Of a stretch of DNA of 64,000 nt, positions 13,001-24,900 are shown piece after piece. The position numbers were made by a program, and so were the translations under genes. Source of the stretch: Klebsormidium nitens (Eukaryota; Plantae; Klebsormidiophyceae); the NCBI GenBank assembly GCA_000708835.1, contig DF237061.1, positions 1 to 64,000 of the forward strand. The letters run 5' to 3'. Positions within the stretch are counted from its first letter, which is position 1; every line of letters starts with the position of its first letter. The notes beneath the pieces are model-generated. The model ran no database searches, was not told the origin of the DNA, and was given only the letters and a program-made list of their open reading frames with translations.

Positions 13001-14852
13001 ACTCATTGCTCAAGGGTGCCAAGAAGACGTGTCACGGTTAGGTGAAGGCCATCTGTTGACATCTAAAGTAATTGGAGAGAGGCCTCGTTCTTCGATTGGA
13101 TGACCATGGGAAGGTTGCCATGCAGAACGAGTAGGCTCAGAAACAGGCCCTTCTTGCCAGGTATGATCACATAATCTCTAGCTTCGACCAGGTACGGTAT
13201 GGTAAATGCAATGCCCTGGAGTGCCACGTTTACAAGAGTCGTCGAACAATGAATGATCACAAAGCATAGGGAGTCGGTACTCACCACCGAATGAATCGCT
13301 TCCACGGCTGGGAGAAGCTTCCCGGATGAGGGCCCTTCAAAGCAATCGTCCAGCGATGCGCGGATCAGAAGCACCAGGGCTCTTAGGTCAGTGTAGAGGG
13401 ACAGCCTCTGCAGACGGAAAATAGAGCACTAATAAGTTTCCAACAGTGTATGCAGAAGTATGAGTAGCATTGTGCTTCATCACATGAGCTTCCTGGAGTG
13501 GCCTTAGAAAGGCCTGAGCGTGAAGTGAAACTCCTACTTGATTGCAACTGCTTCAACTTCTCTTGTTTGCATTCCTTTGGTCTCCAGGTTGAGTTGCATG
13601 TATGAACACACCCCGAACGCATCCCCTCAAATCCAGGATTGAGAAGACGACCCCCGTCTTTCCATTTATCTCAATTGGACGCTGTTGTTGCATACTAAGC
13701 TGCTCCTTCGCACGAGCCAATACCACTGTTCCGCAGCATGTTCCTCATTTTCCAATGTCACCCTGTAGGACCCAGCGGTCCAGTCACAAGCACCTCACCT
13801 CATTCTCGCTTTCGTCCCTTTCCTCCGTCTCAGCACTTTCTTCTTGCTCTCCCTTCTCGAGGAGCTCCAGGAACTGTCCGATCAGCTTTGTTGCCTGAAG
13901 CGCAATATTGAAGCTTGTTATTGGTGCGCCAGAGTCCTCAATCAAGGGCAACCAAGTCTCAGATCCTGCCTGACTATCACAGCAAACGGTGGGCCAAGTT
14001 AGCCCCTGCAAACGGTCCATAAGCTACTGTGCTTCTTGGAGGAACTACCGGCTGGGCTACCGGGGGTTTTCAAGAAGCATGCAATGCCACTCTAACCTGT
14101 AGAGATCCCGCCAATTCCAGACCAGACTAAAAGTAAGAACTGGCACAAAGAAGTCAAGCCAAAATCTGAGCATTGACCTGGACTATGCATGAAATGGATA
14201 TAGGCGTGTTGCTGGTGCTAACCTTGGCGGATAGAGCATCGCACAATCTGGGCCTGCATTTCTTTGGGAGTGTCTGCAGGAACTCCTCAATGTTCAAGTC
14301 GTCCTTCCGCAGATGCTGCAAGATCATGTTTACCAGCTCAGAGTGGTTGGTAAAGTATTTGCTTTTATCAGGGGGCCAGCTTTGATCATACGGCTTGAGA
14401 CTCGTGCAACGCGGTTCAACAACCCTCTTGCCTATGCCAGTATTACACAAGCTTGACCCTTGGCTGTGAAGCAGACTACTCTCACTCAGACTAAGAAAAA
14501 ATAAATACTCCTTCAAGCTGATATAAACCGGGTAAAAATGAAATGAAACTAAACGCCGATAGTCCCGAAATCGATGGAGATGCTTATGTATGCCACCGCA
14601 ATGACCTCAGTGCCACAATCTCTGCTTCCCACAGAAAAATAATGATAAACCACTAAGAAAATCCCTTCGGACCCTACAATGCAGCAGTGATTGACCGCTT
14701 CCTTATATGATCAAGCCTAGTGCGTCTGGCATCCAAAAGATTGTCTTGTTGAAAAAGCGAAGCGTGTGACTCACATGTCGATTGACAACATCCAGGACTT
14801 CATTCCACCTGTCGTTCTCCAAGGCCTCCAGGAAGGCCTCTACAGGGCGCAT
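1004..14852 (-). CDS. CAP-G2: Condensin II non-SMC subunit G2 (HEAT-repeat), multi-exon; 3' end uncertain
   Basis: GT-AG exons read on the minus strand: 14852-14775 (MRPVEAFLEALENDRW), ~12940-12845 (ARLCEAWWAQNLPGREK), ~12510-12401 (MAQTIPYLVARALDNGKTADVHRVFAVRQAVPMFDFADE), 12041-11786 (LLLRATFAPIFLKAAEGRRFITYLCGL...GRKSILETYGDILFKAWK), ~11000-10844 (NIRRVLGGF...RLYEPLLFRALQ), ~10315-10210 (VANASVRHNALLLFVDVFPLQNPD), ~9807-9661 (VRASAVEGVCRILRVFWELIP), ~9345-9241, ~9074-8960 (VLPRLAPMINDSVPKVRLASVDLL). These motifs match plant CAP-G2/NCAPG2 as I recall the family. Further exons lie at ~8490-1810. The last exons (1301-1175, 1039-1004) are tentative. Confidence 0.88.
1583..1753. repeat. ~90-bp imperfect direct duplication
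   Basis: tgcctctcccttctgt(t/c)tggg ... ctgaaaagcccgt occurs at ~1594-1663 and ~1687-1752. Confidence 0.85.
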
Positions 14853-14908
14853 GATCAATTGCCTGCGGTGGATTGTGCACACTTCTTTTTATGACAAATT
14901 CTTGCTAG

Positions 14909-15454
14909 CCGTTCGCTGCCCGTGCCAGAAAGGAAAGTCGAAACCCCAGGGTGAAGCCCTGAACAAGAATGAACTTCGCCGATCGTCCAAACGACCCAAC
15001 GCAGAAGCCTGTTCTATCGGGTAGTAACTCAGCACAGACCAATGCTAGGTCAGTTGGCGCGCAGCCATCAGTATTTGTCACAGTTGCTAGATAGACAGAG
15101 ACACAGACTTGCTGGGGAGATCCGTCCGAAGCTTCACAGCCAGACCTTTCCGTCTCGTTATACGCAAATCGCTGCCTTGGTACACAGCCGCCCGCAGCCC
15201 GCTGCCTTGCCCTCGAATTTGAAGCATAGGGAACCAATGTGTGCACTGTTGGCAATGCACTAACTACACACAGGAAGGAGCTGTACCGTATTTCAATTTT
15301 CAATGCTCAGTCAATATGGATACCGTATATGTATATCCATCAGTCTGTATGCCAGTCTGTATGGTCTGTGCCACGACTGTAGTCAACAATCCATATTCAA
15401 ACTTTACGCGCGCTTTCAAACGGCTACGATACACAAGGGAAGCAATTTTAACGG
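14909..15454. promoter_or_regulatory. Possible MSA-core (AACGG) sites in the CAP-G2/helicase divergent promoter
   Basis: CCGTT at 14909, AACGG at 15419 and 15450. MSA elements drive plant G2/M genes, but a 5-mer is common by chance. Confidence 0.3.
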
Positions 15455-15979
15455 TTGAAGTCGGCTGTTACAGTTGCAGCCGTCTCGCTGACGTCATCAT
15501 CTATGACCTTCGAAGTCGGTCCGGCCCTCCTTCGTCGTGTTTGTGCAGCTTGTTGCTGACGTCACATGTTACTTGTCTCCCTGTGGCTGCTGAGTTCAAC
15601 AAGAAGTCTGAAAAGTTGCAGTGGTCGTCATATGCTGCCTTCTGGAACTTTGCTGGGCAAATCCAGAAGCTGTAGCGCCCATGGCGGATGCCGGTGCCGT
15701 CAGGAACGGGTAGGGCTTTGAACCGATCATGCAAGAGATGCAGCCAAGTGCAGCCTGCTACCTTGAAAGGAACCAGGCGTCAAACTCTTGCCACCTGGCT
15801 TCTTCCCGGGGTTGAAGGTTGTCAGGTGCAAACGCAGGCGGCTCAGTGAATGTACTCACCTGCAAAGGTCCTCTGTGGATATCGCGTGGCAGCATTGGGT
15901 ATCGGCATTGTCTACTCAAGTGTTGCCACTTGTGCGAGCATCTCCATGCAGATTGTGCTTTTCCGCGGGGCGGGAGGAC

Positions 15980-18900
15980 ATGCAGATGGAGACGGCGCCC
16001 GAGGGTGCGGATCAGGGAGATCTTCCCAAGCAGGAGGCTCGCGCTAGCCCGCTGGAAAGCGTGCATGGTTCGAGCAACTCTCTTCTAGATAGCATCAGGT
16101 CGCTGCAGAGTGTAAAGTCGTTTCAGAGAAGTCCCTCCCTCAAAGACCGGCTGCAGCAAGCTCTGGCAAAGAAGACCGGGCAAGTCTTGCCAATTGTGGA
16201 TGGGAGAGCGGAGACCCCCCCGGCAAACCTCTCGCAGCGCTTGCAAGCGATTGTGGGGAAACAAAGGCCGGTGCTCAATGGCGCCGACAGGGGTTCCTTT
16301 GGGATCAGAGAGCGCGGCCCCCAAGAAGCAGCGGCAGGCTTGAGACTGGACAATGGTGGCCACGAAATTGGCAAATTAGAGGAAGTTGGAAGAATGTCTG
16401 ATGGGAGGGATGCTTTGGAAGGACAGGATTCACCAATCGGATCGCCTGCCCGCAAAGAGTCTGCTCATCAGCAAAGGAGCCCTGAGAAAATCAGTTGGTT
16501 GCAGCAACCTCCGACTTCAATCTCCAGCCCAAATCGAAACTCGAACGCGGCACTTGGGACTTTGGAGGGAAACGTCCATTCAAATGGCACTAAAGAGCCT
16601 GACTTTGAGGCATTGGCACGGCGGATCATTGACGAAATGGAACAGGAGCAGCGAAGAGCTGGTAGGTTTTCAGAGGGGAGGCCTTCGAGGAAGCCCTCCA
16701 TTGGTTTCCCCCTGGGTGGGCAAAGCGCGAGTGCGCAGGACATGAGGGAGCAACTAGGTGCGGGCGCCGGTCCAGATCTCAACTTGCCTGCGGACTTAGC
16801 AGACAGTGGAGCTGGGATGAGCCAGGCGCAGGGGCAAGAGCGAGAATTCTCGGCACAAACGTCAAACATGGATGATTCCGTGTTTCCGGGGGGATCTGGG
16901 GTGACCCAGGAAGAGATGGCAGTGTCGAACATCCCCTTTGCAGCTGCATCCCAGAAGCGCGCCTGGTCAGAAGCTCTAGGGGGTGAAACCCTAAAACCAT
17001 TCTCCGGTGGGGGTATGCGACGTGCGCAGATCGTCGATCTTTCGTCGGACAGCAGCGATGGAGAGGAGCCGATTGGGGCGGACCGGGGGGCTCACGGGGG
17101 GTTCCACTTTGAGGGAAAGCACCCTTCTGAGGGGAAGAAGCGCGAGCTCCCCGAATGGGCCGCTCCAGGCCGCCCTTCGAAGCGGCCGTCCTTTGGCCCC
17201 CGAGGAGGAAGCGCGCCCGGCGGATTGGACCTACCTTTTGGGGCAGCTTTTGGTCGAGCCTTGTCGCCAGAGTCCGAGGGACACTCTTCGGACCCTTCGC
17301 AGGGGGGCCGAGGGAGAGTGCTTCCCAACTGGTACACTCAGCAGAGTAAGACTCANNNNNNNNNNNNNNNNNNNNNNNNNNNNNNNNNNNNNNNNNNNNN
17401 NNNNNNNNNNNNNNNNNNNNNNNNNNNNNNNNNNNNNNNNNNNNNNNNNNNNNNNNNNNNNNNNNNNNNNNNNNNNNNNNNNNNNNNNNNNNNNNNNNNN
17501 NNNNNNNNNNNNNNNNNNNNNNNNNNNNNNNNNNNNNNNNNNNNNNNNNNNNNNNNNNNNNNNNNNNNNNNNNNNNNNNNNNNNNNNNNNNNNNNNNNNN
17601 NNNNNNNNNNNNNNNNNNNNNNNNNNNNNNNNNNNNNNNNNNNNNNNNNNNNNNNNNNNNNNNNNNNNNNNNNNNNNNNNNNNNNNNNNNNNNNNNNNNN
17701 NNNNNNNNNNNNNNNNNNNNNNNNNNNNNNNNNNNNNNNNNNNNNNNNNNNNNNNNNNNNNNNNNNNNNNNNNNNNNNNNNNNNNNNNNNNNGCGGAGGA
17801 GCTTTTGGCCGCTCGCAGTCGATGCTGGATAGGGAGGCGGCGAAAGCGCTAGCGGGGCCGCTGCGGGAAGCGGCGCTGGCACATTCGGGACAGCAAGGTC
17901 AGCATTTCGGTCGAGTTAGATGCATCAATTTCGGGCTGGCTTTTCACAAATTCATGGGAAGGTGTTCGTTGCAAGTGGCTGTCAGGTTGCCCGCAGATGA
18001 TTCTTATCTCTGTCGCTGAGTACATACCATTCAATCACAGTCACCTCAAAATGCTGGCAGTCTCCGCTTCTTCATCAGGACCTTGCTCACTTTCTTTGGC
18101 ACTTGCATATCTCTTTGTACACTGGGACAGCCTCCATGTACTGGCGTTGGCTTATTTATTCGTTTTGTGTATGGCCTATTGCATTGGATATTTTTCCCCT
18201 TGATCTCTTCCGCCCGTGCTTCAGCAGCTTATTCTATCCCAGTGTCATCCCGTCCTGTTGATTACCTTTCGAGTCTCCTCATGATTACCTCTCTCCTTCT
18301 CAGCGGCCCCCCAGGCTAAGTATCAGCATCTCAATTTCATTCCCACAAGCCCTGCCGATTACATTTCGAGCTCGATAAAAGCCCCGAATTCACAACTCGC
18401 GCTCAACATGTATTACACTCCTCGTTCTTTTTTGGTGGCCTCAGACGTGGTTTCTCTTTATCCTTCCAGCATCCCTGCACGCCCAATACCAACAACAAGT
18501 GTTAGAGCACCAACGCCAACAGCAAGCGCACTTTCAGCGCCGCCTCCTCCCTCCCACACTGCACACGCACACGCTTGCCGCGGGGCCCAGCGTCCCCCGC
18601 GACAATGACGTCGCTCTCCGGGGGGTCCTGGAGGGCATGGCCGTGACTGGTCCGTCAGAGGAAGCGAACCCCCCAGAGGGGTCGATGACGGTTCCGCTGC
18701 TGAAGCATCAGAAGCTGGCCCTGTCGTGGATGAAGAAGCGCGAGAGCGGGACGATCAGTAACCAGCCGGTGGGCGGGATACTTGCAGACGACCAGGTATG
18801 TACGAAGCTAGAACTTCGTTCAAGTCATCTTGAATTGTTTTGTTTTGCTTGTGATAAAAGAGCTTGTCATGTGCAAGTGGGCATAACAGACGCTCTTGTT

Positions 18901-21900
18901 GAATCTACTCGAATAAGGTCATAATGGGGCCCCAGGATTCGCGCGAGGCAGGCATGTGATCATGGCGCAGAACGTGGATGTCTTGTTTAAGATGTTCACT
19001 GCCTCAGTATTGGAGGAAGAAAAAGGACCTGTTGTACTTCAAGCTTCTAGGTGGCAGACAATTCATTAAGCCTCAGTCGTGGGGAGGTCTAAAACTTGGG
19101 AGCCCTGCTTTTAAGCGGAGTTACATAGCTCCCTCAGAACCTGTACCGAACCAGAAGGCCCTGTGGTTTTTCTTGTTCCGCAGGGCCTGGGCAAGACCAT
19201 CACTACCATCGCTCTTATCATGTCCAACAAGGCCCCGCCGCGGCCGAGCCACGAGCCCCTCCCCCCAGGCCCCGCCGAACGGGCCAGCCCCGCGCTGGCC
19301 GAGACGGTAAACCTGGACGATTACAAGGAGGTGTTTGTGACGTCAGCAGAGGACGAGGACGACGAGCTTGTGGAGATTGCTCCGGAACACGTGCAGCTGC
19401 GGCTGGAGTACCGGCCCGGGGGGGCAAGGGAAAGCAGTCAGCCTCGGGGTGACGTCAGGCGTGACGCCAGCGAGGAGGGCGGGGCGGAGCAAATGCACAG
19501 CAATGGAGAAAAGCCAAGAAGGGGTGGAGAAGAGGCCGAGGGTGGGGGGGCGGAAGCGGCGGTGCCAATGGGGGGGTTCTTGCAAGATGCGGGTTGGGGC
19601 ATGGGAGGCGCAGAGGATTCGCAAGAGCCGTTTGGACGGACGAACGACTGGGGGGGGTTTGCGATTACAGAACGGCGTGCTTCTGGCGGAGGGGGGCCGA
19701 GCGAGTTCGGAGGAAGCTGGGGAGGAACCGATCGCGAGGCCGAGACAGAGAAAGGGGGTCGCAAAGGAGGAGGGGAAAGCGGCACAACCGGAGAGCTCTT
19801 CTGGGGGGGAGCCGAGAGACCCGCTCAGCAGGCGGGGGAGGCCCCCCGCTGGGACGCTGATCGTGTGCCCTACCAGCGTATTGCGGCAGTGGGCGAACGA
19901 GGTGCGGGATAAAGTTTCACCGGGAGAGAGATTGAAGCTGCTAATCTACCATGGGGTGGGGAGGACGAAGGATCCGTATGAGGTAATTACGTTGGCGCGG
20001 CTTGAGTAGTTTTTGCAATTGTCAGATCACTTTGCGACTGTTTTCTAACGGCAGTCAAAAATACGTCGCTGGCCATCGATCTAGAGATGAAGCACAAGCA
20101 CATACGAGCGTTAATCTTTGATCTCCTGTCCGAAACTCTAGTATGAGCATGGTGTTTCTGCTCTTGATCCACAGCTGGCCCAGTACGACATCGTGCTGAC
20201 CACTTTGGAGAACTAAGCATATTGAACCTTTTTGTCTTCGATCCACAGCTGGCCCAGTACGACATCGTGTTGACCACGTATGCCATCGTCTCCATGGAGG
20301 TCCCCAAGCAGCCCCTCCCCGAGTCCGAGGGGGGGGCCAGCAACGGCCTGGACAAAGCGAAGGACAAACCCCCCAAGAGCAAGTCAAAGAAGAAAGCCAA
20401 ACCCCTGGGGGAAGACGAGGGGCTTCTGCCCCCTGGGTCGGGGCCCCTGGCGCGAGTCGCGTGGTTTCGCGTGGTGTTGGATGAGGCGCAGAGTATCAAG
20501 AATGGGCGCACACAGGCGGCGCGGGCGGCGTGGAGTTTGAGGGCCAAGCGGCGGTGGTGTTTGAGCGGCACGCCGATCCAGGTGAGAGATAGCCTAATCA
20601 ATAATAACAAGAAGAACCCAATCCAAAATCCACCTGCCCCGCACCCGTCTCACCCCAACCCCCAAAATAACCCCGTCCCAGGGTGGTGAGCGTGATCATG
20701 CCTGGCTCTTACTTTTCTTAAATTAGGTCTTCACAGAGAAAAAGCTCTTTGAGAACTAAAGGATCATATTTGTCACTATTCGAGGTCCTGGAGTCTGAGT
20801 AAAGAGGCAGTGCAGACGTTGCGGCGGCTTATGCTTTAGGGCCGAGTATGCTGTACGCGTCAACTGGATGGAGTCGTTCTTGATAACTTGCTTTACAAGA
20901 AGCGAAGATATTGCACCACAGAGTGACCACCAGAAGACGTGCAAAACGGACAATCTCTTCATACTGGACTATGAAAAAGCACGGATATCTAGTATCTGAA
21001 GTGCTCGTCCAGATTCAAGTTGATTTCAGAGACCATTCTTGAACCCGACTGTTCTTTTCTCTCGCGACGTTTCAACTCTGGGTCTCTTCTCTCGCGATGT
21101 TATAACTGAAACCATGTAACTGAAACCAAAATCTTGTCCTTCCGCGATTGCAGAACTCGATTGACGACCTGTATAGCTACTTCCGCTTCCTGCGCTTCTC
21201 CCCTTACGACGTCTTCAAGTCCTTCCGCTCGCTCGTCCGCGAGCCCATCGCTCGTAACCCCGCCGTCGGGTACAGGCGCCTGCAGGTATGTTGTGGAACC
21301 CTTCTCTAGTTGCTATAGTTGCTGGATTCTGCAGAAAGAAGTGTTGGTTGTGTTTCTGCCAGGCTTGTAGTTGGAGAGCAAATCTCGCGATTCTGACGAA
21401 AAGCACGTTGAGTCTTTCTTCTAATATTCGAGGTATAGGAAGCGTCTGCGGAGTTGAGATCGTTTGGAAATCTCGTGTGCATGAAGTAAGCAGGGCGCTG
21501 TCTCACGAGCCGTGTCCATCACTTGTTTCTCGCTCGTCCTTGCTTCAGATGTTCTTTTTGAAAAATACTCCTCAGAACTTCCAAAAGATTGTTTTGTATG
21601 AAGAATGCTCCTCCCTAGATCGTCCAATCTGAGTTGGGCAGCCTTTGCCGTCTTCGATCCCCATGTCCCTTCACTTCGGTGGGACTGTTTTCGAGAAAGG
21701 GGAGATGACGACATCTCAAGGAACCCGCTCTCTAGAAACCTCGGGTGTGAAGGACGGCCGCCGCCAGAGCCGGCCGTTATAAGTTCCAGCCGACAGATCC
21801 GCCTGCAATCAAACGCGATTCATTTGTTTCCCTTTTCCCTTGTTTCCGGGTGATTCTCAGCATGAATTGCGATACGGCATTTCCAAATACGACTGAGCCG

Positions 21901-24900
21901 CCCTGAAGACAATACAACCTCATCACTTTCTCCACACCTTTCTCTCAGGTCAACCTCAGCATGATCATGATGTGGCGCACGAAGCAGACGGTGGTTGACG
22001 GCCGTCCGATCATCCACCTCCCCCTTTGGCTCGCGTACCTCATGTGTTGCAAAATTTTCACCCCCTCTTTCCCTCTCTCTCAGGTGATCCTCAGCATGAT
22101 CATGATGCGGCGCACGAAGCAGACGGTGATCGAGGGCCGTCCGATCATCGACCTGCCCGCCCGGATCGTGCGGCTGAGCCAGGCGGACTTCACGGCGGAG
22201 GAGCGCGGCTTCTACGACACGCTGGAGCGGGAGAGCCGCCAGAAGTTCAACGCGTTCCGGAGCGCCGGCACGTTGAACAAGAACTACGTCAACATCCTGT
22301 GGATGCTCCTGCGGCTGCGCCAGGTGCGAATCTGCTTTCTTTTGTGTTGCTATTGCTGCGCTTGGTGGAGATTTTTTAAGTCCCTTTGAATTCAACAAAC
22401 GGAGAAGATTTCTGCTTTTCTATTTTGCCTCTGTGCTTTTGAGGGTCCTTCAGAGTGCCGGCACGTTGAACAAGACTACGTCAACATCCTCTGGGTGCTC
22501 CTGCGATTGCGCCAGGTGCGAATTTGCTTTCTTTCGTGTTGATCGCTCTCTGAGACGATTTTTCGCAACTTTTTTGGCTGATACTTTGTTTAATAGTCTG
22601 AAGGTGTTTTGGAGCGCCGGAACTTTTGAAGAAGAACTACGTCAACATTCTAGGATGCTCGTGCGGTTGCCTTGGGCGCTCGAGCACTTTGAGCAGGCTC
22701 TGAGCTTGTTGAACGGAAGGGACATGCAAAGGTGGTTTTGCCATTTCGTTGGTTGTGTCTCTTTGTACCCGCGAAACGTTGAACAAGAACTATCTCAACA
22801 TTCTGTGGGTGCTCCTGCGGCTGCGCCAGGTGAGGGTTTGGATCCATTGGTATCAAGGTCGTATTTGAATGAGAAGATGCAAATTTTTTGCCGAGTCGAT
22901 GGTACATTCCTGTGGCTTGAACGCTGGCACAGTTGAACAAGAACTGAAGTTCGACATCCTGTGACTGCTTTTGAATCTGCGCGCCAGGTAGGGGAGCAAG
23001 ATTGGGCGTGTTGACGGGAGGGAAACCTCAAAACGATGCTCTTTAGAAGGGTAGAATTCCCGCACCTTCTGCAGACCTTGTGAATGTTTATTGACGCAGT
23101 TTCCGAACGTCGCCGTCTGTCTGTATTTCAGCTTTGAGGCCATTCCCTCAAATGGTAATGAAGTCGGTCAAATGGCTCCGGCTCCTTTCCTGCCAATTTG
23201 GCTGATTATCAGCCAACCTTACCGGATTGGGAGCTTCAAACCTGCTCTCAAGCTCTGCGCTCCAAGATGCTGACTCCTTTTCCATCGTATCCTATGCCAG
23301 GCCTGCAACCACTGGTCGCTGGTGAAGGGCCTGGAGGGGGGCGACCACCACGACAGCAAGGAGGCCGAGGCGGTCGCCCGGAAGCTCCGCCCCGAGCTGC
23401 GGGCGGCCCTGCTCGCGGCGGCGGAGGGCCTCCAAAGCGCGTGCTCCTTGTGCCACGACGCACCAGAGGAGGCCGTCATCTCCAAGTGCTGCCACGTGTT
23501 TTGCCGCCAGTGCATTGCGGAACAGGTGAGCTAGTGGTCCTGGTTTTGGTTTTGGACCCTCGTTTCAGGAGTATTTTGAATGAGATGCACCAGAGGAGGT
23601 CGTGCTTTTCAAAAGCTGCCGCGTGTTCTGCTGACGGTGCATTGCGGAACAGGTGAGCGGGACACTGACCTGTGAAGAAATGTTTGGCATTGAAGCTGAA
23701 CGAAGGGGGCATGGGCTTCTTGTTCACTTGAAGGAGAGTAAGTGGGTGTTAGAGTTCGAGAATCAAGACCCGTGCTCCTGCCGATGCACTGAGGAAAGAG
23801 GTGCGGGTGAGTTGTCGATCGTAATTTGAGTGTTTTTGGACGAAGAGTGGGGTTGATCGAACAGACTGGCTTGCAACTCATTTCATTTGAAAGCTGCGTT
23901 TCTGTCTGTCCGCGTTATCTTTTTCTGATCGGTTTGCTTGCCAAGAAGACGGTCAGCTCGTGCGGTTTCCATTGGCTCCGGCAATCGAAGCCCCAGTTGG
24001 CCAGGTGTAGTGAAGCAGTGTAGTACAGTTGTTTCGATCGTTGGTGGCAAGGAAGAACGTGCACTACGAGGCCGCAGTTGATCTGCATATTGGGCAACGA
24101 AGGTGCGAAAAGTCCTGATGCTACTTGACTTATAGTCTTGCAGAGCAATATACCTTTTGCGGATGTCGTGGATGTTGCTCTTTCAATCAGCTCCTCTCTG
24201 AGCAGAAAAGCCGGCTCACCTCTGGCAGATTCTCTTCTCTTCCTCCATGCCTGCGGGCCGTAGGAAACAGCTGCGTGCTTGCTCTTGAAGACACTTCTCG
24301 CTTTTTTCGTACAATTTCTGGGAGGGAGCCTTTGTCGAAGTGAGGGACGAGGCTACCGCGACGGTCAGTCATCAGACGGACTGACGGATTCAAAGGTTGC
24401 ACGGTTATAGCTGGGTGCTGTGATTGTAGCTTTGACGGCGATGACAAAACCTGTTGCTAGATGCTAATCCTAGCAAGAGAGACTTGCTTTGTGTACGGAC
24501 GCCGCTCGACATGCGCTCCCCGAGAGGACAGGCAATCGGCGTCATCAATCAGTATCTTAGCTTCGCTTCATCCAGTCTACCTTTGAAAAAGGCAGTACAG
24601 ATGAAATAATTTCTACATTGCGTACTCAAGCTGTGCTCAGCATGAGCAGAACATTATTTGTCAGTCTCTCCAGCGTATTGTGTCGTCTTCAACGCTATTC
24701 AAGCTAAGCAGCTCAATGTTTAATTCACAACCAACAAGACATGAGGATGTTGCGATAGAAAGGTCTAGAAATGGGTCTTGGCTGCTCAAGACTTCTTCCT
24801 GTTTCTATGCGCTGCCACCCGTTCACTGCATACCTTTCCCCCCCAAGTTTTCGGCCCCGATTTTCAAGTGCAGAAAAGGCGGATCGTTCAAATACAGCTT

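Noticed and set aside
15788-18019. 743-aa ORF as listed in the track
   Set aside because: It starts at a non-ATG codon, its frame across the N gap is arbitrary, and the 3' part reads into an intron after the donor at 17897.
19331-19349. 19-nt GT...AG segment that would fix the helicase frameshift
   Set aside because: It is too short for a spliceosomal intron in this genome, where the other introns are much longer. The downstream sequence also reads better in the original frame.
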